Shown: in pieces, positions 1 through 9,815 of the stretch
Position numbering within the stretch: the first letter of the stretch is position 1
Layout: every line of letters starts with the position of its first letter
Virus record (IMG/VR): IMGVR_UViG_3300032030_000013
DNA length: 64,000 nt
Strand: one strand, 5' to 3'
From: a virus
Lineage: Duplodnaviria > Heunggongvirae > Uroviricota > Caudoviricetes
The notes under the pieces: model-generated
What the model saw: the letters and a program-made list of their open reading frames with translations, nothing else
What the model was told of the DNA's origin: nothing
Databases searched by the model: none
Program-made: the position numbers and the translations under genes

Positions 1-504
1 ACCAATGTTGTTCTTACATAGAACTGTTGGTATGATTGGAAGATATGTCATTGGTTCAACATACTGTCCTTCTTCAAAAACAAAATCTAATAAGTCATAG
101 TCAGTTTTATAGATTAAGTCCATATATTTTGAATGCTTCACATAAAGATAACGAGGAGCACCAGCAGAATCAGGATCTCTCAATGAACCTACCTGAGAAT
201 CAGATTCTAATGGATTTAGATTGTCATTAAACCATTTGCACATATTAACGATTGTGCTATTTAATGAAATGTCGCCATGTGCGTAAAGTGATACTCGCAT
301 TGCATCTCCAGACAATGCTAACAACTTATATAACTTACCATCTTTTGTTGTACCTGATAAACTCGCATGCATGATCTTTCTTGCACCAGGTTTGAATCCA
401 TCAATAACTGAAGGAATTGCACGTTCCTCCAATACAGAAAATGCATAATTAAGATATTCTGTATTTAAAAAATTTGTTATAGTTCTCTTTTGTACTTTAT
501 CCAT
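1..504 (-). CDS. DNA topoisomerase II GyrA-like (T4 gp52-type) subunit, N-terminal part; CDS runs off the window start
   Basis: Not in the ORF track (no stop within window). Reverse strand from ATG at 504-502 reads MDKVQKRTITNFLNTEYLNYAFSVLEERAIPSVIDGFKPGARKIMHASL..., which carries the GyrA/ParC signature AIPxxxDGxKPxxRK. Open frame through position 1 (168 codons). Confidence 0.65.
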   Translation of the reverse strand, partial: MDKVQKRTITNFLNTEYLNYAFSVLEERAIPSVIDGFKPGARKIMHASLSGTTKDGKLYKLLALSGDAMRVSLYAHGDISLNSTIVNMCKWFNDNLNPLESDSQVGSLRDPDSAGAPRYLYVKHSKYMDLIYKTDYDLLDFVFEEGQYVEPMTYLPIIPTVLCKNNIG

Positions 505-539
505 ATAAATATAAATATTCTAAATATAATATAGAAAAC

Positions 540-652
540 AAAAGGAACTAATTTAATAGTTCCTTAATTTATTTTATTTTTAATTTACATATATTTAAAT
601 ATAGTTCAAAAATATAAAAAATACAAAAAGCTGTACATAAGTACAGCTTTTA
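540..652 (-). repeat. About 125-bp intergenic cassette, copy A: stem-loop AAGGAACTA/TAGTTCCTT (542-565), AT-rich spacer, terminator hairpin AGCTGTAC-ATAA-GTACAGCT (629-648) followed by a T-run on the minus strand
   Basis: About 90% identical by eye to 1749-1867. Sits between two minus-strand genes (stop at 680, next start at 504). Confidence 0.7.
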
Positions 653-679
653 ATTATTTATATCCTCCAACAATTTTTA

Positions 680-1690
680 TTAAAATTGCACGCATACCCA
701 TGCATAACCCATATCTCCAGAATCTATAACATATATTTTTCTATCATCTTTAGATTTAAATCTCATTAATCTTGAGTTATCCCCAAATCCTTCTTGTTCA
801 TATTCTGGTGTATAATCCCACCAACTTCCTTTTTTAAATATGGATTCTGAAGCTTCATCTGCGTCAGTATGACCTGATGAGTTTCCATCTAATTCTATAA
901 TGCCAAAATTATAATCATTTATATCTTTAAATAAATCTATTATTTGATTAACAGTAAACATTGGTTCATCACCCCATCCATTTTTAAATTCTTTAATTGC
1001 TGCTTTAATTAAAGCATCACCACCAAGTTCCTTATCATAGTAAAAATCATTTGGTATTTTTATTAAAGATGATTTTGTGTTATAAACTGGTTTTTTAGGT
1101 TTTAATTTTCTTTTTCTTTCCTTTTCTGCCTTTTTTTCTGCTTTTCGTTTTTCTTCATCAGCTTTTAATGTAGCTTTTTCAATTTCTTCAAATTCTGTTG
1201 TATCTAAATTTTCAATCCAATTACTAAATATTTCTTTATTTTCCTTACTTAATGCTATAACTGTAAAACCTTTACCCCAGTCACTGGTACTTGTAAGATA
1301 CAATATGCCTTCATTATCAACAGCATCTCCTTTTTTATAGTTAAACCATAAATCTCTGCAACCACGCCATTCTTCTAATAAACTAGGCATATAATCTTTT
1401 ATATGCTCTGGTACATTACTATATTCTTTAGCTGCATCCATTTTAAATGTTGCAGATGTATCTGATTGTACTATCTCTTTTACAATTAATTCATATTCGC
1501 CAATAACTTTTTGCTTATCATTATCAATATCTAATGCATAAACAGTAAAATTTTTCTTATTTAATATATCTTTAAAAGTAGTTTTTATTTGATTGCCACA
1601 ATCTCTGTCAAAAAGTTTAAATAACTCAGTAGCAGCATTACCCCACTGCATACTTAATTTTTCATTGATGTATGTTAATATGTTTTTCAT
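680..1690 (-). CDS. hypothetical protein, N-terminal MK-x-I-x-x-FI-x-E tag family (MKNILTYINE); K/E-rich basic stretch
   Basis: 336-aa ORF in a tight minus-strand array with a family N-terminus. No recognisable catalytic motif. Confidence 0.5.
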   Translation of the reverse strand: MKNILTYINEKLSMQWGNAATELFKLFDRDCGNQIKTTFKDILNKKNFTVYALDIDNDKQKVIGEYELIVKEIVQSDTSATFKMDAAKEYSNVPEHIKDYMPSLLEEWRGCRDLWFNYKKGDAVDNEGILYLTSTSDWGKGFTVIALSKENKEIFSNWIENLDTTEFEEIEKATLKADEEKRKAEKKAEKERKRKLKPKKPVYNTKSSLIKIPNDFYYDKELGGDALIKAAIKEFKNGWGDEPMFTVNQIIDLFKDINDYNFGIIELDGNSSGHTDADEASESIFKKGSWWDYTPEYEQEGFGDNSRLMRFKSKDDRKIYVIDSGDMGYAWVCVQF

Positions 1691-1748
1691 AACTTTACTT
1701 ATTTTTTTGTATTTATATAAAAATAAAAAAAAAATGATTTTATATAAA

Positions 1749-1867
1749 ACAAAAGGAACTTAATTTTAATAGTTCCTTAATTTATTTTATTTTTGATTTA
1801 CATATATTTAAATATAGTTAAGAATATATAAAAATACAAAAGCTGTACTTAATGTACAGCTTTTTTT
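1749..1867 (-). repeat. About 125-bp intergenic cassette, copy B (stem-loop 1753-1778; terminator hairpin 1841-1861 plus T-run)
   Basis: Near-identical to 540-652. Downstream of the stop of 1886..2515 and upstream of the start of 680..1690. Confidence 0.7.
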
Positions 1868-1885
1868 AATTATTATTTTAACTTA

Positions 1886-2515
1886 TTATTCTTCTTTTAA
1901 TGAAAATGTTATTGCATCTTTACCATTTTTAATAACTTTTGCAGGAATATTCTTTGTTTTTATTTCTGATAATGTATCACCTTTCCAACTTAATTTAATA
2001 GAATTAAATTTAATAACATTATCTGTAATTGAATAATCAACAAATATATATAAATCTACATCGTTCTTTTGATTATTAGATGAATATTTTACATTTTTAA
2101 TTTGTCCATCTTTATATGATTTTACTTCAATATTAATATTATTTGACTTATTTTCTTCATTATAATATCCAAAATCATAATGTGTTGTATTATCAGGTTC
2201 AATTTTACTCCAATTTTTACCTTCAGAATCTATTAATTCATCTGGCATATTTGATATAATCCAACCTTCTATTATTTGGTTTGCACATCGTTGAATTATT
2301 TTAGTAGATTGTTTTTTGTCGAATTTTGGAGTATTTATAATAATGTTTACTTCAATATGATTAGGATTTTCAGGACCTTTATATTTTTTTTCTTCTGTAT
2401 CAGGTCCATAATAAGTGCCACTTGCCCATTTAGCAGCTTCAGACAATGCATTAATAAATTCTTGTTCAATCTTACTATCGACTGATTCATTTATAAACAT
2501 TTTGAGTTGTTTCAT
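1886..2515 (-). CDS. hypothetical protein, tag family (MKQLKMFINE)
   Basis: 209-aa ORF with a family N-terminus. Confidence 0.5.
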   Translation of the reverse strand: MKQLKMFINESVDSKIEQEFINALSEAAKWASGTYYGPDTEEKKYKGPENPNHIEVNIIINTPKFDKKQSTKIIQRCANQIIEGWIISNMPDELIDSEGKNWSKIEPDNTTHYDFGYYNEENKSNNINIEVKSYKDGQIKNVKYSSNNQKNDVDLYIFVDYSITDNVIKFNSIKLSWKGDTLSEIKTKNIPAKVIKNGKDAITFSLKEE

Positions 2516-2703
2516 AGTTATATTAATTTTAATTTTCTTATTTTATTAAAAATAAAATAAATTAAGTAATATGTACAAATTAATTATTAAAATAAATCTA
2601 ACTCATTAGGAAAATGTATATAACTTATGGTTTCATTTATTCCATTTTTATATTTTCTTGATAATGTATTTAATATAAAAATAAAAATTTATTTATGATT
2701 TAT

Positions 2704-4596
2704 TTACGAATTCAACATTTGTTTACGTGTTTCAGAATCGCCCTTTGCAAACCATTTTCTAAACATACTATCTGCAGCTTCATCTTTTTTGAAATATAAG
2801 AATTTTGGTTCTTGATACATTTCCTTTGATTCTTGATTTGATAGACCACCAAGACCTTTCGCATATTTATGAGAATAACCTTTAAGTTTCTTTTCAGCTT
2901 CTTTAAATTCATCCATTGTATAGAATTTCTGACAGTCCTTTCCTTTTCTTGATATAATAATTGGAGATAGGCTTCTGCATACAATTCCTTTTTCAATAAG
3001 TTCAGGCCAATTATTAAAGAATAATAGAAGTAATGCCGCAATCTTATCACCATCAACATCAGCATCAGTAGATATAACAATCTTACCGAAGTTCAGATCA
3101 TTGATATTGAATTCTTTACCCCACTTAAGACCAAGAATTGTTACAATATCATTAAATACTTCATTTTTCATAACTTGAAGTGGTGTCATTCCATAACAAT
3201 TAGGTGGAACTCCTCGCATTGTATAGCCTGCCTGAAATTCTGGATTACGACCTCCTCTAAAGCCCGACTTTGCAGAGTCGCCTTCGAAGATCCATAGCTG
3301 TTTATTTGCTCTTACTTTTGAAGAACATGTTATATATTTATCAGGGCGTTTCAATCCTTTATTTGTTTCCCTATTGATTTTACGAAGTGCCTTTTCATCC
3401 TCAGCCGCAGATTTCTGTTTATACCAATCTCTTACTAATGCAACGATTTCTGACTTAATGATCTTATTTAAGAATTTTTCATTTACTTCCCACTTAAGTT
3501 TCTCATCTTTTGAGAACTTATCAATAGGAGTAGTCAACGTATCTTTAGTCTGTGAATCGAACGCAGGATTTGATACATTAATATCTATAAATACAGAATA
3601 CTTATTGTCGACTCCACGTGTAGTCAAATCCTTAAGTTTGTCTTTCTTTATAAGATAATCACACACAGCTTGATTGATTTCATTTCTAATTGCACGCATG
3701 TGAGTTCCTTTTGAACATTCTGCACCATTTACAAACCCAACATCAACAGAACTATCTGGGAATATCCATGCAGTACATAAATCATTTTCAAATGGAATCT
3801 TATCAGGAATATTCAATAAATTAGAATAAAGATCAATATATTCATCCAATTTCTTAAACTTCCATTCAATATCTTCACCACCACTATTGAATGTTACCTT
3901 AAGACCTGGATTAGCTGCAGCAGCATCAATGCATCTTTTATGAATTATATTAATGAAGTCATTATCAAAAGTTGTCAGTTCAGTTTCAAATCTACTAAAA
4001 TCTAATTTAAATCTCGTCTGTGTATAATGAGTTTTCTTTCCGCATTTTGTAACTTTAAGATCATTATTTAAAGTCTCCATATTATTAGACCAAGAACGAT
4101 GAAATTCATTCTTGCCATCTGCAGATTCAATTTCAAAATATGTAGAAAAAATGTTTGCTAGACTTGCTCCAACCCCATTCGTCCCTATAACGTTTCTATC
4201 TTCATTATCATCATAGTTTGAAGATGTACGTAATCGTCCAAATATAAATTCAGGAACATAGATACCTGCATCTTTATGTTTTACAATAGGAATACCACCA
4301 TTGTCTCTTACTACAATTTCTCCATTATCTTTATCAATCTTAACGTAAAGCTCAGTCAACCCCATGTTGTCTTTACGTCTAAATTCGTCAATAGAATTTG
4401 AAATGACTTCATCAGCAATTTTTAACATAGCAGGAATATAATTAACAATTTTCATTTCAAACTTTCCTGTCTTATAATTATAAATGAAGGCATCCTTTTC
4501 TTCATATTTTGTTGATCCTACCCACATTCCACTACGATGTAGAACATGTTGAACTTCTGATAACTCCTGGTATTTCTCTTCAATTTTCTTTGTCAT
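2704..4596 (-). CDS. DNA topoisomerase II large subunit (GyrB-like ATPase + Toprim; T4 gp39-type)
   Basis: HVLHRSGMWVGS matches the GyrB N-terminal motif. GTNGVGASLANIFS is the GHKL ATP-lid. WIFEGDSAKSG is the Toprim EGDSA motif. 630 aa. Confidence 0.85.
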   Translation of the reverse strand: MTKKIEEKYQELSEVQHVLHRSGMWVGSTKYEEKDAFIYNYKTGKFEMKIVNYIPAMLKIADEVISNSIDEFRRKDNMGLTELYVKIDKDNGEIVVRDNGGIPIVKHKDAGIYVPEFIFGRLRTSSNYDDNEDRNVIGTNGVGASLANIFSTYFEIESADGKNEFHRSWSNNMETLNNDLKVTKCGKKTHYTQTRFKLDFSRFETELTTFDNDFINIIHKRCIDAAAANPGLKVTFNSGGEDIEWKFKKLDEYIDLYSNLLNIPDKIPFENDLCTAWIFPDSSVDVGFVNGAECSKGTHMRAIRNEINQAVCDYLIKKDKLKDLTTRGVDNKYSVFIDINVSNPAFDSQTKDTLTTPIDKFSKDEKLKWEVNEKFLNKIIKSEIVALVRDWYKQKSAAEDEKALRKINRETNKGLKRPDKYITCSSKVRANKQLWIFEGDSAKSGFRGGRNPEFQAGYTMRGVPPNCYGMTPLQVMKNEVFNDIVTILGLKWGKEFNINDLNFGKIVISTDADVDGDKIAALLLLFFNNWPELIEKGIVCRSLSPIIISRKGKDCQKFYTMDEFKEAEKKLKGYSHKYAKGLGGLSNQESKEMYQEPKFLYFKKDEAADSMFRKWFAKGDSETRKQMLNS

Positions 4597-4640
4597 TATA
4601 ATTTCTATATATCTTATTTACATTTTTTTATATATCAAAA

Positions 4641-4680
4641 ATAAAAAGTTACATAACTAAAATAATATAGTTATGTAACC
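4641..4680 (-). terminator. rho-independent terminator (GTTACATAACT / AGTTATGTAAC stem, T-run on minus strand)
   Basis: 11-bp perfect inverted repeat immediately 3' of the gene 4714..5427. Confidence 0.5.
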
Positions 4681-4713
4681 TATGTTTTTCAATTTATTAA
4701 TAATATATTAGAT

Positions 4714-5427
4714 TTAAACATATTTCCAATCTGTCACAATTGCAGTCTCACCGTCAGCAATATACTGTCCAATCATTACCTGACGATTTTTAATTCTCTT
4801 GCCCTTTCCGTTATTATCACAAGGAAGACCGTAAGGGAATTCATGATAATAGTAAATATTGAAATTCTGGAACTTAACAGTAATACCGAGTGGCTCAACA
4901 AAATACTCACCTTCATTATTAAGGTTACGAGTAAAAGTAACAATAAATGGAATTCCCTTCTCCAATTTAGACTTACCATAATTGATCTTCTCCTGCTCCT
5001 TATTATATTCCTCTATGTCTTTCGGAGACTTTAGATAATCATCACCAGGAATATAACCGTATCCGTGCTCAATCAAAATAGGAACAAGATTTGATTTCTG
5101 TTCATCATTACAGCAATTATTTGCGAACCACATCATGTAGTCGTAATCATCAACATCTATGAACAATTTGTTGGCATACTTTCCAACATGGAACTTATTA
5201 TTATCAATAATACGAGAGGAAGTTGACCAAGAACCACGGCGACCAACCAAAGTTTCATCAAATACAGCTCCTGGGAACTTAGCAAATGCACGGTCCTTAT
5301 CAAATGAAAGATTATGACGGTATTTGTAACGCTTAACAAAGAACTTACCGCGAGATGTTTCCATTACTTCTTCGGAATACTCCCAAAGGGTGTAATACTT
5401 GTTTGCAAAACCAATTCTAAGTTCCAT
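4714..5427 (-). CDS. hypothetical protein
   Basis: 237-aa ORF in the operon. No motif recognised. Confidence 0.5.
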   Translation of the reverse strand: MELRIGFANKYYTLWEYSEEVMETSRGKFFVKRYKYRHNLSFDKDRAFAKFPGAVFDETLVGRRGSWSTSSRIIDNNKFHVGKYANKLFIDVDDYDYMMWFANNCCNDEQKSNLVPILIEHGYGYIPGDDYLKSPKDIEEYNKEQEKINYGKSKLEKGIPFIVTFTRNLNNEGEYFVEPLGITVKFQNFNIYYYHEFPYGLPCDNNGKGKRIKNRQVMIGQYIADGETAIVTDWKYV

Positions 5428-5486
5428 ATTATAAATTTTATTTGATAAATTAATATAGAACTTAGATTTAAAAATTCAAATAATAT

Positions 5487-5858
5487 TTATTTTTTATTAT
5501 TTAAATATTCTTCATATGCTTTTTCAAAATATTCATTCTCTTTGTCAAGAATGTATCTATTAAACATGTAATCCCATAGCCGATGTTTCTTATTGACTTC
5601 AACTTTATCCCATTCCCATCGGTCTTCTTTTCCTTGATATGTTATATGAAACATCATTGGAGCCCAGTCTTTCATACCAAGTAAGCAATTAAGACTATCA
5701 AAATTTCCAAAGTCTTCTAATCTATATATGCTTCTTTGTTTTTCTATGCATATACCGAATTCTATTAATTCTTCTGGAGTTGTTTCAAATGTATCTTTAT
5801 CTGACTTATTAGCCATAAACATCAATACTGTACCTGGATTAATTTCAATAAATGGCAT
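5487..5858 (-). CDS. hypothetical protein
   Basis: 123-aa ORF. Confidence 0.45.
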   Translation of the reverse strand: MPFIEINPGTVLMFMANKSDKDTFETTPEELIEFGICIEKQRSIYRLEDFGNFDSLNCLLGMKDWAPMMFHITYQGKEDRWEWDKVEVNKKHRLWDYMFNRYILDKENEYFEKAYEEYLNNKK

Positions 5859-5859
5859 A

Positions 5860-6387
5860 TTAGAATGTAGATGTTATATGTTTTTTATATTCTTTAAGAC
5901 CTAATGCTTTTTGCTTATATTTTATTGATTCTTCCATATATTTATTTACATAGAAATCACTAAGTTTTTTAAATGATTTAATAGCTTCTTTCTTTGTAAT
6001 ATAATATGTACCGCCTTTTATTGGTGAATATGATGTGTTATCTATTGGCGCATCAAATGAAGTCTCAATATTTGAATCATAAATAGATTCTAATTTGATT
6101 GTTATATGTTCTTCATCAGGTTCTTCTGCATATGATGTGCCAACTCCGTTTGGTCTATCACCAGACATTTTCATATATTGCACAGGCCATCTTCGTATAG
6201 CAGGATATTCTACATCTTTTACTTCAACTTCGCATATATCAATACCTTCTGTTATTACTTCAGGTTCTGTCATTAATGAAGCAAATATTTCTTGAATATT
6301 ACTTGTTGGTTTCTGTCCATTCAGCTTTTCATAGTCTTGAATAAAATATATCTTATCCCCAGACTTAATATCTTTAAACGTTTTCAT
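5860..6387 (-). CDS. hypothetical protein
   Basis: 175-aa ORF, tightly packed with its neighbours. Confidence 0.5.
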   Translation of the reverse strand: MKTFKDIKSGDKIYFIQDYEKLNGQKPTSNIQEIFASLMTEPEVITEGIDICEVEVKDVEYPAIRRWPVQYMKMSGDRPNGVGTSYAEEPDEEHITIKLESIYDSNIETSFDAPIDNTSYSPIKGGTYYITKKEAIKSFKKLSDFYVNKYMEESIKYKQKALGLKEYKKHITSTF

Positions 6388-7601
6388 CCTAACATTTCTT
6401 TAATAACTTTTTTATCCATAGCAGGCATATATTGTTCTATAGCTTTCAATGTATTAGATATGCTATATTTAACTTTATTTGGAGATATGCCTTCATTTTC
6501 TGCGATTTCATTTATAGACATTGGGAACGGTTTTTCAATTCCAAATTTCTTTTTGATAATTCTTCTGTCTAATGCAGATACGTTTCCTAATGCTCGTTCG
6601 ATCACTTCTTTAAATAGATTCTGGCGTTCCATGTTTTCCATTATCTCATCTTCTATAACGAACTCTTCATTAGCAACACGAGATATCTGATTATCATGAT
6701 ATGTATCTTCAGTATGTGGGTTCATACTATCTAATCGTAATACGTTTACTGGAGATATGCCTTTTTTCTGAGCAGACTTTGGAACTCTGATTATCTTACC
6801 TACCTTTCCAATTTCTGCTAATATCATTGCACGAATCCATGCAAATCCTATGGATGAAAATGATGCTTTCTTAACATTATTATTCGTCCATTCTATAAAA
6901 TCAAATTTTGAATTAAAACCATTATATGGAAGTTTCTTTAATGTTGGATCTAATATTTTAGAATACTTAAAATTCTTCCTTATAATTTGTTCTGCTTCTT
7001 CTAACGTAAACTCATTATTGGAAGATTCTTTAATGTCATTTAAAATATTATTTCTAAGATTTGATCTATCTGTATCGAATTTATTGAATGCCATCAGTAG
7101 TCCTTCATTACCTGCTTGTATCAAATCTTCTAATGGTAATCCGAGATTCTGATAACGTTTTGCACAATCAATAACAAGTTTTAAATTATTCTTTATGAAT
7201 ATATCTTTATTCTCTGGTACAAAAGCCATCTCATCAGACTCTCCCATAGGGTGCAAGATATATTCACGTTTTACTTCATTAAAATAAATATCTATATTGT
7301 TATCGAATGTAGCTTTAGATACATATTTGTTAGCTAAACGTTTTCTAGTTCTTTCTTTTAGATCATCATAAAATTTTTCGTAAATTTCAAATTCATATGC
7401 ATTTAAAAGTTTATTGCATTCTTCTATATAATAATCTACTATGACTGATTCTGAACAGTCTTTTAGCATTTTGACATCTTTAAATACAATGTCTTCGAAA
7501 TTATCAAAAAATTCGTGATCAATAATATTATTTTCTACAGAATCTAAAAAACTATCAATTTTATTTGAAGATACTTTACTTAAATTAAACTGTCTACTCA
7601 C
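6384..7601 (-). CDS. sigma-70 family RNA polymerase sigma factor (phage-encoded)
   Basis: LEDLIQAGNEGLLMAFNKFD is region-2-like. IGFAWIRAMILAEIGKVGKIIRVP is region 2.4/3-like. The C-terminal HTH INEIAENEGISPNKVKYSISNTLKAIEQ is region-4.2-like. Confidence 0.65.
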   Translation of the reverse strand: MSRQFNLSKVSSNKIDSFLDSVENNIIDHEFFDNFEDIVFKDVKMLKDCSESVIVDYYIEECNKLLNAYEFEIYEKFYDDLKERTRKRLANKYVSKATFDNNIDIYFNEVKREYILHPMGESDEMAFVPENKDIFIKNNLKLVIDCAKRYQNLGLPLEDLIQAGNEGLLMAFNKFDTDRSNLRNNILNDIKESSNNEFTLEEAEQIIRKNFKYSKILDPTLKKLPYNGFNSKFDFIEWTNNNVKKASFSSIGFAWIRAMILAEIGKVGKIIRVPKSAQKKGISPVNVLRLDSMNPHTEDTYHDNQISRVANEEFVIEDEIMENMERQNLFKEVIERALGNVSALDRRIIKKKFGIEKPFPMSINEIAENEGISPNKVKYSISNTLKAIEQYMPAMDKKVIKEMLG

Positions 7602-7743
7602 TTTATAATTAATCCCATGTATATATTTTTATATGTGGGATTTTAAAGTTAATAATAAAATATAGTAAAGTATTTCAAATAAAATTCAAAAAATATAAAA
7701 AAAAATTTACAAATATTTGAAAAATATCTATAAATTTTATATT

Positions 7744-7947
7744 TTATTCAGGATCTTTAACAAAATATCCTACTGGAACATCTTCATTCGTAAATACTAA
7801 ATGATCTGTATCTTCCCAGATATTACCATCTTTCATCTCAATAAACCAATAATCACAGTTCTGTTCAAGATTCTTAATCTCATCTAAATACACAGTCGCA
7901 TAATTGAAACGACCTAAAAATAATCTAACTTTTGTTCTTCTTCCCAT
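7744..7947 (-). CDS. hypothetical small protein
   Basis: 67-aa ORF. Confidence 0.35.
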   Translation of the reverse strand: MGRRTKVRLFLGRFNYATVYLDEIKNLEQNCDYWFIEMKDGNIWEDTDHLVFTNEDVPVGYFVKDPE

Positions 7948-7949
7948 AA

Positions 7950-8210
7950 CTATTTACCAATTATATAAATAATGCCTATCATAAATATTATAACAACAAA
8001 TATCATAAAAAATGTAAAACAACCAAGAAATGGATTTTCTGATTTAAGTTTATGTTCTGCATTAATATATCTTTTACATTGTTCAATCCATATTATAAAT
8101 TTATAATATGGTTTTTCATACCATGATGCAAATACTAATGCAAGCTTATAATTAGATTCTTTCTTACTAATTACTTTACCGAAAGACTTATATATTTCAT
8201 AATCACCCAT
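7950..8210 (-). CDS. hypothetical small membrane protein
   Basis: 86 aa with a C-terminal hydrophobic helix FTFFMIFVVIIFMIGIIYIIG. Confidence 0.4.
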   Translation of the reverse strand: MGDYEIYKSFGKVISKKESNYKLALVFASWYEKPYYKFIIWIEQCKRYINAEHKLKSENPFLGCFTFFMIFVVIIFMIGIIYIIGK

Positions 8211-9336
8211 TTATTAAACAATTTAAATCTATAACAAGGCATTCTGCATATAGTTCTTCTTCCTCCATAATATTGAATCTTATTGATGGAGCTCCAGCAC
8301 AATTAAACTGCCATGATGCATCAGAATCTTCAGGACACCAAAGACATTCAATAACGCAAGTTCCTTTATAGTTGTCTTTCTTAAGTTCTTCAAATTCTGA
8401 ATCTTCAATAGAAGTAAACATTGTTTCTTTAGCTTTCTGATATGTCTCTTCATATTCATCAACCAAATAGAAATCACCAGGCTTAACTAATTTAATAGTA
8501 ATACCTTCCCATGCTCCTATCTCATCATCAATAGCACCACGTAATTCTAAGTTATCATCAGAATATCCAAATACTACTACCCAGTTATTTTTTTTACAGA
8601 TTTCTTCTACATTAAGGTTATATTCATTACGAAGTTCATCTCCATATTCATTACCATCAAGCAGATTAGCAAGATCATCAATAGTTTCAATATTTCTTGG
8701 TTTGATCTTAGTCTTAATTTCTTCTAATAATGACTGTTTAATAGATTCAATCATTTTATCATCCCAACTATTATTAACACAATCAAAGAAATTCTGAGCA
8801 CCATATTTATTGATATTATAATCTATCCATTGCTTAATTGTAACACCTGAATCAATTATCAAGTCTCTTTTCTGTTCATCAGTCATAATCATAACTTTAC
8901 TATTTTTTATGTTATTATCTTGTTTATTCTTATAATCTTCATATTGAATATGATATTGTCTTTCAAGATCTTCCTTAAGATATTTAAATTTATTTAATGA
9001 ATTTATCAATGCTGAATATCTATTGCATTCTAAACAGCCAGATGCTAAACTTTTACCACATTCAGTACATTTCTGTCTTATGTCAAGCCATTTAATTTCT
9101 GCTTCTTCTGTTGATTTAATTAACTCTTCGCATTGATATGATATACCATAAGTCTTTTCATATTCATCTAAAGCCTCACGTAATACTTTTTGTAAATCGT
9201 AGTTCTTTTTAGCATCTTCACAACCACGACAGTCATCACAACCATTTCCAGGTCCACAATGAAGACATGGGCTTTCTTTATAATATTTATCCTGAGCTTC
9301 TTTAATCTTCTTAATATGATCTTCTTTAGTTTTCAT
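8203..9336 (-). CDS. hypothetical protein with N-terminal Cys-rich (multi CxxC) zinc-ribbon-like region
   Basis: CLHCGPGNGCDDCRGCED ... CTECGKSLASGCLECNRY. 377 aa. Confidence 0.5.
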   Translation of the reverse strand: MKTKEDHIKKIKEAQDKYYKESPCLHCGPGNGCDDCRGCEDAKKNYDLQKVLREALDEYEKTYGISYQCEELIKSTEEAEIKWLDIRQKCTECGKSLASGCLECNRYSALINSLNKFKYLKEDLERQYHIQYEDYKNKQDNNIKNSKVMIMTDEQKRDLIIDSGVTIKQWIDYNINKYGAQNFFDCVNNSWDDKMIESIKQSLLEEIKTKIKPRNIETIDDLANLLDGNEYGDELRNEYNLNVEEICKKNNWVVVFGYSDDNLELRGAIDDEIGAWEGITIKLVKPGDFYLVDEYEETYQKAKETMFTSIEDSEFEELKKDNYKGTCVIECLWCPEDSDASWQFNCAGAPSIRFNIMEEEELYAECLVIDLNCLING

Positions 9337-9456
9337 CTATATTCTTAATTTTTTTCCTGCTTATCTTATTAAAAAAGTTCACTCTTTTCAATTTATCATC
9401 AGTCTTGTTTGCATTTGCTAAATATGCATTCTTTGCTTTCTTCTTTTTATTTAGAC

Positions 9457-9798
9457 TTACCATATGTTCTGAAGTAAATATAATTGTGGCTTTCCTTTTG
9501 CATACTTACTAAATATCTTATCAATATCAGGATTCTTCTTAATAAAATCATTATATGATTTTGTTATCTTATTAATAAGTTTGTTATCAATAATTAATTC
9601 ATTTTCCTCATTAGAATCATAATGAGCTAGTATAGGACCAAAATAGATATACTTGCCACACATATGATCTTTAATAACTACATTTTGAGTATCATCAAAC
9701 CAATCTTCATTGATCTCATTCATAGCTTCTTCAAACTTATTGATTTTATCTCCGGTCAATTTCCAACCGTAAATTAAACTTGTGTAATTGTCTATCAT
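9457..9798 (-). CDS. hypothetical protein
   Basis: 113-aa ORF. Confidence 0.45.
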   Translation of the reverse strand: MIDNYTSLIYGWKLTGDKINKFEEAMNEINEDWFDDTQNVVIKDHMCGKYIYFGPILAHYDSNEENELIIDNKLINKITKSYNDFIKKNPDIDKIFSKYAKGKPQLYLLQNIW

Positions 9799-9815
9799 AA
9801 TATTAATATTTTTAT

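Noticed and set aside
36-230. 64-aa plus-strand ORF at the window start
   Set aside because: It lies entirely antisense within the GyrA-like topoisomerase CDS (1..504, minus strand), which has a clear conserved motif. Likely a spurious frame.
2712-3080. 122-aa ORF overlapping the topoisomerase large subunit
   Set aside because: Alternative frame of a well-supported CDS. Composition atypical, and no independent start context.
9327-9463. About 45-aa basic ORF (MVSLNKKKKAKNAYLANANK...) between 8203..9336 and 9457..9798
   Set aside because: It overlaps both neighbours and is below the size threshold. Cannot be distinguished from chance in AT-rich DNA.
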